DNA of 64,000 bases from Eledone cirrhosa (GCA_964016885.1 OZ024755.1:7130001-7194000); one strand, 5' to 3'; shown: positions 27,926-42,613, numbered from the stretch's first letter. The notes: generated from the sequence alone by a model not told the origin. Made by a program: numbers and translations.

Positions 27926-28112
27926 AAGAAGAAATTGAAAATGCAACTAGAGTTTTCTAAGAATATAAATATTATTAAAAGACTCCAGTTGCATTTTCCA
28001 TTTTTACTCATGCAGGACATTTAAAAAAACCTTACTTTCTTATATATATATATATCATCATCATCATCATCATAATCTTCGTTTAACGTTCATCTTCCAT
28101 GCTAGCATGGGT

Positions 28113-28152
<40 letters not shown>

Positions 28153-28297
28153 TTAAAATAACAAATTTTAATAGATATTTGCTCTAGGGTTCTTATATAT
28201 TTGATATATATATTTGCCCTAGGGTTCTTATATATTTGATATATATATTTGTCCTTATCGAGGCCTGTTGGATTTTAGTCTTCACATTTATTATTAT

Positions 28298-28386
<89 letters not shown>

Positions 28387-28863
28387 CTCCTAAGGTTTTA
28401 AGGTTATTATTTCCAGGTTGGGAGTAGGCTTGATTGTGTATTTTATTCTCTTCTAAAATATATAATTTATTTTTCTAGCTGAGTGGAAAGAAGCAATGTG
28501 AAATAAGCTACGACCTTACTATACTGAGCTGAACACCGTAACCACTTAGCCACATGTCTTCCCTCGCTTGCATTATTGTGCTATTAATTAAAATCCTATT
28601 TCTTGACTGCTGGAGGTAATCACAAATATTGATTACATGTTTCAATCAATCTTTTCATTTGACATGTCATAAAAATGTCAACTATAATTGATCTTACCGA
28701 TAACAGCAATTTAATAGTAAAAATATCAATATTTCTCTAATTTCTGTCTGTTCGTTCTATTTTGCCTATTTACCTGTGTCTAAACCCTTCTCTCTCCTCA
28801 TCTTTCTCTTTTTACCACACACATGTACATATACACATACACATGCTCACTCGCAGTCACACA

Positions 28864-28907
<44 letters not shown>

Positions 28908-29777
28908 GTGTGTGACCCACCCTTGCAAGCAGGGAAAAGCGGACGTAAAATGATGATGATGATATATATATATATAATTTTGAGTATGCGTTGGTTGTTT
29001 ACCGACACCTCAGTATGCAGGTTGGAGCACTCAACGAAGTGCGCAGGTTGGCTATCACTGATATATATAGCAGTGAATATGAATAAACAAAGCTAATTTT
29101 ACCCGGTTGACTTACACTTCTTGCTTATATATATATATATAATTGTTTCTACTTTTGGCACAAGACCAGCAATTACCCAGTCCATTACTGGTACTTTATT
29201 TTATCGACCCGGTAAGGATGAAAGGCAAAGTTAACCTCGACGGGATTTGAACTCAGACCGTAAAGGGACGTAACTATGCTGGAAAGCATGGCGTCCGACC
29301 CTCTACCGATACTGCCAAGGAAATATGTATCGTAGGAGAGGAGGAGATAGAGAGATCCAGATTACTAAAGGCCAATAGCAGAAGCGAAGTGTGCTCAATG
29401 CTTGGGTTAGCAGAGTTAAATATTAGAGAGGATTTAATATTTAGTAGATTGTTCAATCAGAGCAGGTATAAGCAAATGAATGAATGAAGGAGTTACAAGC
29501 CGTTAAAACGAGTTCTTTATATAAATCTATCATAATGTTTCACCCACATTGGTTCATCAGAGAAATGTTTGTTAAAATAATGTCATCAATAAATATAAAT
29601 ACAGTTAGAGCAGGTTGAAGATTTTCCCATTAGATTTACGTCAGCGTGCATGGTAGACGAAAATATTTATTGATGACATTATTTTAACAAACATTTTGTT
29701 ATAATAAAGTACCAGTAATGCACTGGGTAATTGCTGGCCTTGTGCCTAAAGTAGAAACAATTATTTTAACAAACATT

Positions 29778-29815
29778 TCTCTGAAGAGCCCATGTGGGTG
29801 AAACATTATGTAAGA
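29778..29815 (+). ncRNA. Minimal type I HHR; diverged inverted copy at 29526-29563 (-)
   Basis: UCU-CUGAAGA-GCCC(AUGU)GGGU-GAAA-CAUUAUG-UA-AGA; all core nucleotides present. Confidence 0.8.
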
Positions 29816-29870
29816 TTTATATAAAGAACTTGTTTTAACGGCTTGTAACTCCTTCATTCACTCATTTGTT

Positions 29871-30085
29871 TCATCATCATCATTTTACGTCCGCTTTTCC
29901 CTGCTTGCAAGGCTGGTACGTGTCCTAATCACCACAGCATCTCTCCATTTGTCACGGTCCTTTGTCATCTCCTCCGTGAGCTTTAGCGATCTGAGGTCTG
30001 CTCTCACCACCTCCGCCCATGTTTTTTGTGGTCTTCCTCTACCATGTCTTCCTTCTACTGGGATTTCTTGGCATTTCTTTACACA
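29871..30085 (-). mobile_element. RTE-like LINE 3' fragment with (TGA)n tail
   Basis: Minus strand ..EGRHGRGRPQKTWAEVVRADLRSL..EEMTKDRDKWR..; 3' UTR also present at 28918-28962. Confidence 0.7.
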
Positions 30086-30183
30086 GTAATAATAATTACA
30101 AAGACCAAAATTTGAAAAGGCTCAATAAGGATTATATATATAAGTATATATAAACCCATAGAGCAAATATTTATTATTAGTAT

Positions 30184-30227
30184 AGATTAAAGTTTAAGCA
30201 AAGAATTCTTTGCTTAAACTTTAATCT
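30184..30227. repeat. 44-bp perfect palindrome
   Basis: agattaaagtttaagcaaagaa|ttctttgcttaaactttaatct. Confidence 0.85.
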
Positions 30228-30494
30228 GTAGTATCTATTATAAATATTGGCCATATTTCCCAGAAACCACAGACTACAGTCAGGTAGGTTATGATGTATT
30301 CGTTGTAGTTGTGTGCAGTTCAGGGCAATATTGTGTAAGCAAGAAACGAGGGAAAATAGATGGAATGAGAAGGATAGGATCAGAACAGCACAGGGATAAG
30401 ATACAAACTCTCAATAATGGAGGTGTCGCTGACACATGACCAGAAATTTGAGGGAGGGGACGGGAAAGTAAAGTATATCGACCCCTGTATTTAA

Positions 30495-30715
30495 CCTTTT
30501 AGCATTTAAACCGGTCATTACCGGCCAGAATTCTCTCACCCCTTTTTGCTCAAACTGGCTGTAACCAGTTGCTTATACTGATGTTAAGGTATTGTTCTCA
30601 ATATTAATACCATCAAAATCTCATAGATTTGAAATTATGTGAGATAATTATGTAAGATAAAACCTTTACCACAAAAATACAATAGTATATATAGAGTAAT
30701 GTAAATACTAAAGGG
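30495..30715 (+). mobile_element. piggyBac-type MITE family 1 inserted into a SINE A copy
   Basis: TTAA TSD; SINE halves on both sides. Confidence 0.8.
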
Positions 30716-31110
30716 TTAACTGTTACTTTATTTTATTGACTCCTGAAGAATGAAAGGCAAAGTGGACCGTGGAGGGATTTGAACTCAGAAACTTAAAGAG
30801 CCGTAACTAAATGCCGCAGAGATTTTGTGTGAGGTCATAACGATTTTGGCAAATGGTGAATGTAAATAAACCAGGATATTACTAATTGTTGATGTAAATA
30901 AATAGTAAATATACTGAACAGTGCAATTATTAAGAACATTGAATTAATGAATATCCTTAAGTGGTTTAGTTTCAAGAGTGAACAAAAAATGGCCTTTATA
31001 TATAGTTATTATTATAAAGTGAATTGAATTGATTAAGTAGGGGAGTTGGTGAAATGAGGAAGAGATCAACGTTTCATCCTTACCATATATATATATATAC
31101 ACGCGCGCGC

Positions 31111-31227
<117 letters not shown>

Positions 31228-31319
31228 TGAAGTAAAAGTCAACAGGTTAAAATTTACCTCATTTATTGGTTACACATTTGCGTACACTAGTTTCGGTTGT
31301 ATAACTAACATATATTACA

Positions 31320-31409
<90 letters not shown>

Positions 31410-31655
31410 GTATATATATATGTATATATATATGTACGGCGTAATTCGGGCTGTTTGTTGTTTACAAACAAACCGAGCATTATAATAAATGTTCGGTAAA
31501 CCCATACGTACATATATATATGTGTGCATGTATGTATATATATATACATACTACTGTACGTCTGTATACATATATGTATGTACGTATACATACATACTTA
31601 CATTTAAGTACCACCCGTACTAAGAGTGAGAAATGAAATTTCGTTTCATTCTTTT

Positions 31656-31696
<41 letters not shown>

Positions 31697-31705
31697 CATA
31701 CATAC

Positions 31706-31837
<132 letters not shown>

Positions 31838-32533
31838 AAAAGAATGTATGTAAATATCTTAATAAACAAATTATAATTTCTAATATAGGCAAAGGTTTGA
31901 ACATTGTGCGAGGAATTTATCGTAATACTTACTTTACTACCCTCTAGCCAACCCAGAAAATTAAAAACAAATATGATGGAAGATTCTAGGTAAAAATGAA
32001 CACTTTAAACAGGTTGTTTTGTATTATAAAACAGGCTCAGGCTGGTGAATTTCAAATGATTTATTGTCAGTATTTTCACAGCATCAGTCATTGAGTGAAG
32101 GAAGACAAAACATAGCTACACCTAGATTTGAACTCACTCAACAGAGTGTAAAACTTAAATAACTTTAGAAATTTAGTCCAGCTCTTTATAGTATTAACAA
32201 ACTTTCCTAACTAGTAAAATATAACTTTATAATTAATGAAAGAGGAAATGCTTAATGAAGTTTAAAAAATTTGATATATTAATTAAGCAAATATAACAAA
32301 TTTAAGTGGAAAGGAGGAGGGAAAATGGTTCATCTTTTGTTTCATACGTGGAAACCAGACAGAAAGTTTCTTTAAAATAACCTTATATCTCACGGGCTAA
32401 TTAACAGGCTATACATCTCCAACAGGGATACAATCTTAATAATATTTCTTTCTGATTGGCTAATATAAAATAATGTCCGACGGACCAAATAAATTAGATT
32501 ATTTTCAAAATGGAAGTTTCCACAGAATTTCTT

Positions 32534-32630
<97 letters not shown>

Positions 32631-33043
32631 GATTCTGCATGAAATTATGTAAATAAGATTAGATGCGACATAACGGCATTCATCTTGATTTTATGTGTGA
32701 TCTTTCTACCGAATGCTTTAATTTCTTGAATATATTCACTGCAAGCAATATAAGCTATAAATCATTGTAACCAAGAGGTTCCCCAATTCAATGAGATGAT
32801 CATTGAAACATATAATCTATATAATTATATTAAAGCTGGTGTATCTGTCGCATAAAACGTCTGTCACGCCGTGGAAAGCAAATGGGAAGAGTGTGAGTAT
32901 GTGTGTGAGATATATAGATAAAGAGGGAGAGAGAGAGAGTGAAGACAGCAGTGGGAGTAATGCATTTTTTTGTTGGGGGTGGGGGTGCTGAAAAAAAATC
33001 TCTTTGTAAATGTACATTGTACGAAAAATAATATTTATCATCC

Positions 33044-33096
<53 letters not shown>

Positions 33097-33804
33097 GTTT
33101 AATGTCTATCTTCCACGCTAGCATGGGTTAAATGGGAATTGTCCCTCTTGAGGCAAGATTAATCGAGTGACCATGTCTCGCTCTTATAGGACTGTATTTG
33201 GTAGGTTTTCTACAGTTGGATGATCTTACTAACACAAACCACATTTACAGTGTGGACTGGGAGCCTTTTTACCATGTCTACTACATGACCACTTTACAGC
33301 GTGGTCTGGGTGTTTTTTGTTCTGACACCTACACGACCTCTTTAGTTTGGACTGGATGTTCTGTGGTACCAATGCATCATCTTTTCTATTTTGACAGATT
33401 CAGTTATTCCTTTTAAATGTGTTGTATATATCTGATTAAGTAAGGTATATATTATATGCGTATATATATAACTTATTACTATAACATTTAATATGTCATA
33501 TCAATCTTTAATATTTAGTGGTTATTACTAATTTAACCATGGCATTTCTTCGTGGTCAGCCAGTTTCTATAATAATGTATATACTGGATTTTTGTCCGTC
33601 ATTCTGATGAATGCTAGAATGTCACACAAACATTATAAAAAATTGTTTTATTTAGAGTCTGTAATATAAAATAACCAATACATTGGCTGATTGGTCCGGT
33701 GCTTTATATAAAGAGATGGAGGAGAATTCCTTAACCGCAAAGCCACGTGCCTTCACAAGTTTAAGTAAGATCAACTGATTGCCATTAGAGGAAGTTCTAT
33801 ATGG

Positions 33805-34140
33805 ATGCCAGTGTTTCTTGTCAAGTAAGTTTGAGAGAATTTAGCTACTACGTCTAGCCTCTTGAGAGACTCTAGGTCTAGAGAAGCCTCCAATGTGTGT
33901 TTTTTAGCAGTGGGGACCAGTGTTTCTTGTCATGTAAGTTTGAGAGAATTTAGCTGCTATGTCTAGCATGTTGAGTGACTGTTCTAGAGGTTCCTCCAAT
34001 GTACATTTATCAGTAGTGGGCGCCAGTGTTTCTTGTCATGTAGATTTGAGAGAATTTAGCTGCTATGTCTAGCATGTTGAGTGACTGTTCTAGAAGATCC
34101 TCCAATGTGTGTTTATCAGCAGCAAGCACCAGTGTTTCTT
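33805..34140. repeat. ~107-bp tandem repeat (about 3 units)
   Basis: ccagtgtttcttgtca.gta...ttgagagaatttagct...cctccaatgt repeated. Confidence 0.85.
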
Positions 34141-34553
34141 GTTATGTTGATAGAAACAGAATGTTTTTCGTTAATAATTGACTGGAGTAAATTCAAGAAC
34201 GAAAACGATTAATCAGTTGGCATCAGACCAACTTGTGTACAGATTTACAGATTAACAGATTAACAGATTATTGTGAGAACATGTTGGTAGAGAACCTTCT
34301 AATTAATTAAAAAAAAAAAAAGAACAGAGAAACAGCAGCATCAATAGTAGCAGCAACAGTATTAGCAGCGACTGTAGCATCAACAACAGTAGCAATAACA
34401 GTAGCAACGACGGTTATTTCCAGAAAGAGCCGTCGAAACGGCTTGAGCTCTGCCGTCGGGGACATACTTTTTCCTATTTCCCTCTCTACTACTCTAAGTA
34501 TTGAGTACTCTGGTGCGTTATGGCCCATCTGGTTCCTTACCACAATTCCTTTG

Positions 34554-34605
<52 letters not shown>

Positions 34606-34685
34606 AAGTATATATTGAGTTAGAAACTCTCAATAGCCCCTGACAATTAAAATACCTCAAGGAAAAAACTTTCCGAACCTTAAAA

Positions 34686-35010
34686 TATAATTTAATATAA
34701 AGAGAGATAAACACAGATATATACATATATATATGTCAAATCATAAGGGACCTAGTTGGCTAGGGTGAATAAGATACTAACTATAAACAATAGGGTTTGC
34801 CAGACTCAATTAAAAGAATAAATTAAGAAATAATACAAACCGTATCGTGATAACTAACAGTTATACTATTTCTTAATTTATTCTTTAATTGAGTCTGGCA
34901 AACCGTATTGTTCATAGTTAGTATCTTATTCACTCTGGCGATTTAGATCCCTTACGATTTGAACACATATATGTATATATCTGTGTTTATCTCTCTTTAT
35001 TATATTAAAT

Positions 35011-35013
<3 letters not shown>
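34686..35013. repeat. Diverged inverted repeat (~147-bp arms) in a microsatellite-flanked island
   Basis: agagagataaacacagatat...gtttgccagactcaatta mirrored by taattgagtctggcaaac...atatctgtgtttatctctct. Confidence 0.8.
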
Positions 35014-35087
<74 letters not shown>

Positions 35088-35171
35088 TATATATATATAT
35101 ATATATATATCGTTTCTGAATAGCAAGATTCTTTATCTGAAAACGTGTGTTGAAACCTTTTTTTTTTATAT

Positions 35172-35480
35172 ATATGGTGGCTGCCAACTCGTTTTCGAGT
35201 ACGGCCACTACTTTATATCTATGTAGGAGAACCCCTACCGATGCGCTGAACGAGTGTGACTTTTTAGTCCAGCCAGCGACTTGAAAACTCTAGTACAAAC
35301 ACTACACTTGTGACAATTATTGACACATAGTGCTGGGCCCATGGTACCATGTGACGACAAGTGCAGAGAGATCTCCAGATATAAAGCAATGCCTGTGCCG
35401 TGAAGCTTTTATAGTGAGCAAAGGCACTGCACAAAGCCAGTCCCACTCTCTTAACCAAGATGATATTTACCAAAAAGAAG

Positions 35481-35484
<4 letters not shown>
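35172..35484. mobile_element. ~310-bp (TA)n-flanked dispersed repeat; longer near-identical copy at 45638-46050
   Basis: atggtggctgccaactcgttttcgagtacgg...aaagaagaacaa at both loci with few substitutions. Confidence 0.85.
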
Positions 35485-35568
<84 letters not shown>

Positions 35569-35646
35569 GCATATATATATATATATATATACATATTTAT
35601 ATTTAGTCTATCAATTCATTTCATTGTTCTTTTTAATTCGTTTCAG

Positions 35647-36533
35647 ATATATTATTCAATACGACGGCAAAAACGGAATTACCAGGGGCAGTTACTCGGA
35701 ACCATACCCTAATTTTCAACATTAGTAGTTTCCCAAAGGGGGAACAAATAAATCTGGCCCAACTCCGATTGTATAAACTGGTAGAAAGGGATCGCAATAC
35801 ATATGTTGGAGAAAACCGTAAAGTATCATTGTATGAAGAAATCATAAAAGACGATTCACAATACCTGAAACTTGTGTCCCAGAAACACATCTATGGAAGA
35901 AATAGTGGCTGGGAATCATTCGATGTGACTCCAGCTGTTAAACGATGGGTTGATGAAATAGGAAACGGTTACATTCAAATGCTTCAGGTGACCATTGAGA
36001 GTATATTTAATAATACATGGGGGGATGACATGGATATAAGCACAACTCCTCGCAATAAGAAGGAACCATTACTGGTGGTTTTCTCCAAGCAAATTAACAA
36101 ACGTCTTGTTCATAAACAAGAGCGGAATGAATTACTTCATCATGAGATGACTTTAAAAGAAAGTGAAGACATTGATAATTTCACGTCGAGTAATCCATCT
36201 AAAATGTCTCAGGGGGGAAACAACAATTATGATTATGATGATGATGAAGTTGAAGATGAGGAAGAAGAAGAGGATGATGATGGAGATGATTATGACGATG
36301 AGTATGATGATGGAACTAATGGAAATGATGATGATATATCACCAGAAGTTACATCATATGCGAAGGTGAGACGAAGTATTCGCTCCACTAAAAGTTACAC
36401 CCAAGAGGAAAAAACGAGAGTGAAGAGAAGTAGGAAACCTAGTCGACGTAATATTTGTAAAATATCAAAACTTGTCGTAGATTTCCGCAACATCGATGGA
36501 CATGATTGGGTTATAGCTCCAAATAAATATGAC
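35647..36533 (+). CDS. BMP10: BMP9/10-like ligand, exon 2 (prodomain, acidic tract, furin sites, start of mature domain)
   Basis: Acceptor tttcag|AT at 35646/35647 after a pyrimidine tract. Reads (D)ILFNTT...[29 protein letters not shown]...[14 protein letters not shown]...EPLLVVFS...[23 protein letters not shown]...WVIAPNKYD. Donor GAC|GTAAGT (phase 0). Confidence 0.93.
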
Positions 36534-36562
36534 GTAAGTATTATTTTAATCTATTTGTTTAA

Positions 36563-36769
36563 CCCTTTAGCATTTACATTACCCTGTATTTACTATAGTA
36601 TTTTCATGGTAAACACTTTATCACACATAATTATCTCACATAATATCAAAGCTATGAGATTTTTATGCTATTTATTTTGAGAACAATACCTTAACATCAG
36701 TATGAGCAGCTGGTTGCAGCCAGTTTGAAAAGAAAGAGGTGAGAGAATTCCAGTTTAAACGCTAAAGAG
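36563..36769 (-). mobile_element. piggyBac-type MITE family 1, 30 bp into intron 2
   Basis: TTAA-CCCTTTAGCATTTAC...GCTAAAGAG-TTAA. Confidence 0.8.
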
Positions 36770-36853
36770 TTAACAGTTTAGTCAAAGAGGGAAGGACAGA
36801 GGCCCTGAGACTTTTCATAGCCTTCGTGACTAGTTAGAGGAAGATATCCTTAA

Positions 36854-37303
36854 CCCTTTAGCATTTAAACCGGTCGTATCTGGCCAGAATTTTCTCAACT
36901 TCTTCTGTTCAAACCAGCCATAACTAGCCGCTCATACTGACGTTAAGGTATTGTTCTTAAAATAAATAACATCAAAATCTCGTAGCTTTGATATTATGTC
37001 ACGACAAAAAAGCACCCAGACCACACTGTAAAGTGGTCATATAGGCACCACCGTAAAAAAAACCACCCAGTACTCACTGTAAATGAGATTGGTGTAAGGA
37101 AGGGCATTCAACTGTAGAAATCAAGACAAAATCAGTTCCCGTATGAGCAAAACATGGTCACCCGACCTGGCATTACCCACAACAGGTCAATTCGTCCAAC
37201 CCATGTTAGAATGGACATAAAATGGTGATGATGAATTATGTAAGATAAAGCCTTTACCACAAAAATACAATAGTATATATAGAGTAATGTAAATGTAAAA
37301 GGC
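36854..37303 (+). mobile_element. piggyBac-type MITE family 1 interrupted by a retroposon fragment (about 37000-37234, (TGA)n tail)
   Basis: MITE halves rejoin at the duplicated attatgt. Confidence 0.7.
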
Positions 37304-38084
37304 TTAATCTAGGTCTGAATGTCTACAAGAGATGGGTATCTACTAAAGTACCCAAGGGATATGTAGTAATGTTAAACAGCGTGACAGGTTAAGTCTACCA
37401 CGTGAGCAAGTCACTGCAGAATGTCATCTTACAATGCAGAGGACCACACTGTATCATGTCTAACCATCTAACAATTCAACCATGACTGGTCTATTATTTT
37501 ATCGACCATGAAAAAGGGTTTGAACTCAGAGCACAGACATACTGTGCCTTATATTCACTGACACACTGCTTCGATTACAAATGTCTGTAGAAAGTTTATT
37601 GATTTTTAAGTATCTTATCTTGAGAAAAACACTAAAATGTTTCAACACATGTAATCTTATCATAGTTGACTTTGCTTAATATGCACTTTAACCTAATGGA
37701 TGCTAGAGAGATGCGAAAGAAATCAAAATTTATGTCTGCCAACATTCGTGCTTGTCTGTACATATTAGAAATATCCTGTACAGATAGATATCTTTTTAAA
37801 AAAAGCTGTAACTAAATGAACCTCCGTCTACTTCAACGATGAGTGTTCCAGTTATTTTATCAATGGAACTGCTTATGTGTTAAATTAATGTGCAAATGGC
37901 TGGGTATTTTACAGAAATGTACCCTTTTTAGGGAGGTTCAGTGTTAAAGACTGGTACTTCCCGTTTGGGTTTTGAGAGGTTGGTAGGTCTGCATAAATGT
38001 GACTAGTTAATTTAATTGTATATGTAAATACAATTGAGATTTTATATATTTAAATATAACATATATATACACATTATTTTCCAG

Positions 38085-38318
38085 GCTAATGAATGCAGTG
38101 GTAAATGTTATTATCCACTGGCTGAACATTTACAACCAACAAAACATGCTATGATTAGGGCAAATCTACACATTCAGAATAAGAAAGTTACCAGACCCTG
38201 TTGTGTACCAATAAAACTAAAACCGATATCTTTATTATACCGAGATGCAACTACTCAGAGTTTTACATTCAAATATAAATATGAAGGTATGACTGTTTCT
38301 GCTTGTGGCTGTCGGTGA
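38085..38318 (+). CDS. BMP10: BMP9/10-like ligand, exon 3 (cystine-knot mature domain)
   Basis: Acceptor ttccag|[28 protein letters not shown]...[15 protein letters not shown]...[14 protein letters not shown]. Seven-Cys pattern completed with exon 2. PTKHA and YKYEGM..CGCR resemble BMP9/BMP10. Confidence 0.93.
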   Translation, partial: ANECSGKCYYPLAEHLQPTKHAMIRANLHIQNKKVTRPCCVPIKLKPISLLYRDATTQSFTFKYKYEGMTVSACGCR

Positions 38319-39228
38319 CAAAGTTTTTGAAAAAGATCGACATGGAAAGTTGTCTAACGCAGAAGAAATGTGGACTGAATTTGTGAAGAAAAAAGAAATT
38401 ATTTCTGTGGATGAAACTTCTTCAAATAAGGCAATTAAAGTCGACAATATACAAATGTTTGACTGATATTTTTGATTAGTATGTTATTGTTGTTGTTGTT
38501 TTTGTTGATGATGATGATGATGATGATGATAATTACGATGATGATGTTTTCCTTGCTATTGCTGTTGTTAACATTGCATAATCTGACGGGAGGATGAAAT
38601 GAAATTTAGCAATAAGTTTCATCAATTGAGATGAGTAAAAGAAACTTCCAATTATCTCAATTTATATGTTTATTTTTATAGTGATTGTTTAAATAATACA
38701 TTTCTACCTGCATGTATATATTTCTATATGTTGGTGTGGATAACCTGCATCCTTAATCATTTGGGTAGGTGGAGGAAATACACAATAGAAGTCAACAACA
38801 GAAATTAAAGTCTGGGTGGTCTGGTTGTCGCAGTTACAACAGAAATTGGGTGATAACAAGTGAAGCTATTTGAGGAAGTCTGCCGCCTCTATACCATAAC
38901 ATATTGTTAGAGTTTTTTGGTTTTATATTGTTAACATGTAAAATGATTTAATAGAATAATTTATTTACAGTAGGTATATATTTTCTACATAGTTATTGTA
39001 TACTTTGTAACTTGATCATATTGGCGAATTGTTGGTAGTTTAGTTTGAATTATATCATTTATTGATTCTTATATTTTGGAAAATGTAGAATATTTAGAAA
39101 GAGAATTTATTCCTAATTTATATTTATTAATTTTGTCGACAGGTGTTGTTGAGTATTTTGTCATTTAGTACTATTTTATAAGACATATGAGTATGTATAT
39201 ATATATTATAAATATATATATATATATT

Positions 39229-39296
<68 letters not shown>

Positions 39297-39320
39297 ATAT
39301 ATATATATATTTATAAATAA

Positions 39321-39352
<32 letters not shown>

Positions 39353-39481
39353 ATATATATATGTATATATGTATGTATATATATATGTATATATGTATGT
39401 ATATATATATATATGTATATATGTATGTATATATATATATGTATATATGTATGTATATATATATATGTATATATATGTATG

Positions 39482-39524
<43 letters not shown>

Positions 39525-39620
39525 GTATATATATATATATGTATATATGTATATATATTTATGTATATATATATATGTATATATATGTATATATATATAT
39601 ATGTATACATATGTGTGTGT

Positions 39621-39820
39621 NNNNNNNNNNNNNNNNNNNNNNNNNNNNNNNNNNNNNNNNNNNNNNNNNNNNNNNNNNNNNNNNNNNNNNNNNNNNNNNN
39701 NNNNNNNNNNNNNNNNNNNNNNNNNNNNNNNNNNNNNNNNNNNNNNNNNNNNNNNNNNNNNNNNNNNNNNNNNNNNNNNNNNNNNNNNNNNNNNNNNNNN
39801 NNNNNNNNNNNNNNNNNNNN
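39621..39820. other. Assembly gap (200 N)
   Basis: Run of N. Confidence 1.
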
Positions 39821-39995
39821 CATCCACCCCGACTAAACAGTAAATAAACATCTGTGTGACAAAATATTCCTGCCAGATGTTTAACCAACAAAATAAACCC
39901 ACCCAGATTCAACTTTAAAATATTCTATCCTCTAATGCGCTCATGAATATATTTGGTTTTTATATATGTTTGTATATATATATATATATATATAC

Positions 39996-40043
<48 letters not shown>

Positions 40044-40078
40044 GTGTATATATATATATATATATATATGTGTGTATG

Positions 40079-40110
<32 letters not shown>

Positions 40111-40132
40111 TGTATATACATATACATATATG

Positions 40133-40223
<91 letters not shown>

Positions 40224-40280
40224 TTGTATATATATATATATATATAAAGATATATATATAAGATATATATATATATATAC

Positions 40281-40312
<32 letters not shown>

Positions 40313-40322
40313 GTATATATAT

Positions 40323-40399
<77 letters not shown>

Positions 40400-40400
40400 A

Positions 40401-40434
<34 letters not shown>

Positions 40435-40510
40435 GTATATACATATATGTATATGTATATACATATATGTATATATATATATATTTATATATATATGCGT
40501 ATATATATAT

Positions 40511-40551
<41 letters not shown>

Positions 40552-41266
40552 TATATATATATATATATACGTATATATATATATATATATACATATATAT
40601 ATACGTATATATATCTTTATATATATATATATATATATATATACCCTCATATATATATATATATGTTTATATATATATATATGGGTGGTGAGTCTTATTT
40701 TTAGTTGAAACGACCACAACATGAAAGCTATCTGTTGATAAGAATGTTTTTTTAAACCAGAGCAGCATTATAGTGAAGCAAGTCCATATGGTCTTGGTCA
40801 ACTAGAGAGAACTAAATGTCACTCTACCAAAGCCCTGTTTCAAATATTCCGGTATTCTGTGAATCTGCGAGTAAGATAGGAGGCCCTGCTGTTAAAACCA
40901 CCTGTTCACCACCTGCCTACCAAATGTAGAATGGTAAGTGATATTATCAACATAATATATACACCCAGGTCATCTCACATTCTCTATATACTCAATTAAT
41001 AGCTATTTTTGTTGACTCCTGAGTGTGATGTTGTTTATGCTGTAGAAATTTCTCGTGAGACCGCGAAATACTATACACATTTGTTCTTTATATGTTTGTG
41101 TTCATAGACATCCACACACGCACACACACGTATATATATATATATATAGATATATTTATATGTTTATCCCGGGTTCAAAGAGGCGCGGGGGTGGGGTGGG
41201 GGTGGGGTAACCGCAGTAAGTAAGGTACTCAATACATAGCAGAGTATAAATATTCAATATAGAAAT

Positions 41267-41316
41267 GGCTTCTACAGGTCTAGAACTATTTCATTTAGGA
41301 GAAATCATCAGAAAGC
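41267..41316 (-). ncRNA. HHR of family P2
   Basis: Minus strand gcuuu-CUGAUGA-uuucuccuaaau-GAAA-uaguuc-UA-gaccuguagaagcc. Homologues at 20266-20317 (+, CUGUUGA) and 58091-58135 (-, GAAA-CAGUUG-UA). Confidence 0.55.
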
Positions 41317-41382
41317 ATAGGGCTTCCTGATGATATTATATATATATATATATGATTATTGTAATAAGTGGTGGATATATCG

Positions 41383-41435
<53 letters not shown>

Positions 41436-42613
41436 TGTATGATGTTATAAATGTGTATATGGATATATACATAATTTCTATAATAAAATATAATCTCTCT
41501 GATGGCAAAGGACACGCGGTCGAATAGCTTTTCCAACTCATGAGGTTCGCTCCTGTGGGTAGCTAACCCCGCCCCGAGAGTAGTAAATATAAAGGTGGTC
41601 TGGGAGTCTAGAACGCCAGAAGTCTCCACTGGTGCAGGTCGAACCACAAACCTATCGGAGAGGAGAGCGACAGATATTTTGATAGTTTGCTCTGCCCTCT
41701 TCGGTCTGATGAGTACCAAAGCGTGGATTAATCACCGGATGCACCAGATTGCTACTGGAGAAGATTTTGAATCCCAGATAAAGGACCTACCACTGAAAAA
41801 AGGGAAGATTCTTATGCCAACTGACTATTTGCTGTACACCCAGTCTAGCATTGCTGGCTCGATCTGGGAAGGAAAACTTGAGGCAGTCATATTTGAACCT
41901 AGATTGTTTTAGTCTGAATATCATATTAACGATGTCAATTGTCAGCGTATGATGTTTCTCAGTTTAGTGTTAGTTTATAAGGAAACAAAACAAACAAGAA
42001 TGACATTTCCAATCTCCTAATTAAACAGATTATAGGTAGGTATTTCAGAAAACCTTTGCCATTGACGAGGAGGCGGTAATGACACGGTAAACATAGAGCA
42101 GCACCCCGGGTTCAAATCATTCTGTTGCCAACATGAAACCATCCATATGTTCGGCAAAATACAGACAGCGGCCATTTTGTTTTAGCGGTATTTAGTTTCA
42201 GCTTTTTATTTATATTTATATTTCAATTATTTTTCTATTTACCTCTTTTCTTTGTTTTTAAAGGAATTTCGTGAAATAATTTATATAAATTATCTCAAAG
42301 AGGGAAATAACACTTTAAAAGTAAGATAAGAAGAATATAGTCATCAGGGTCACTTAGTAATCTTAGTAAATAGAATTCAGCGTTCATTTTTCTTTTATTA
42401 AGCAACTCCTAAACTATCGGTTAACGATAACTACGTTGACCTTTGAACTTTGGTATTAAAATCTTGACATCAAGTAATGACCAGCTGCTGGCAATATTGG
42501 GTTTCCTGCCACCAGTCACACTTAGGAATCAATTGTAAAGGAGAGAGGGAGAAAGAGAGAGACGGAGTGAGAGAGACGGAGAGGGATGAAGATAGAAGAG
42601 AGAGAGAGAGAGC

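Noticed and set aside
33604-33660. CTGATGA-ATG...CAT possible HHR
   Set aside because: No GAAA, stem III or UH site.
36534-36680. C-terminal part of the 303-aa ORF (VSIILIYLF...)
   Set aside because: Read-through into intron 2 and a MITE; the GTAAGT donor at 36534 and exon 3 complete the cystine knot.
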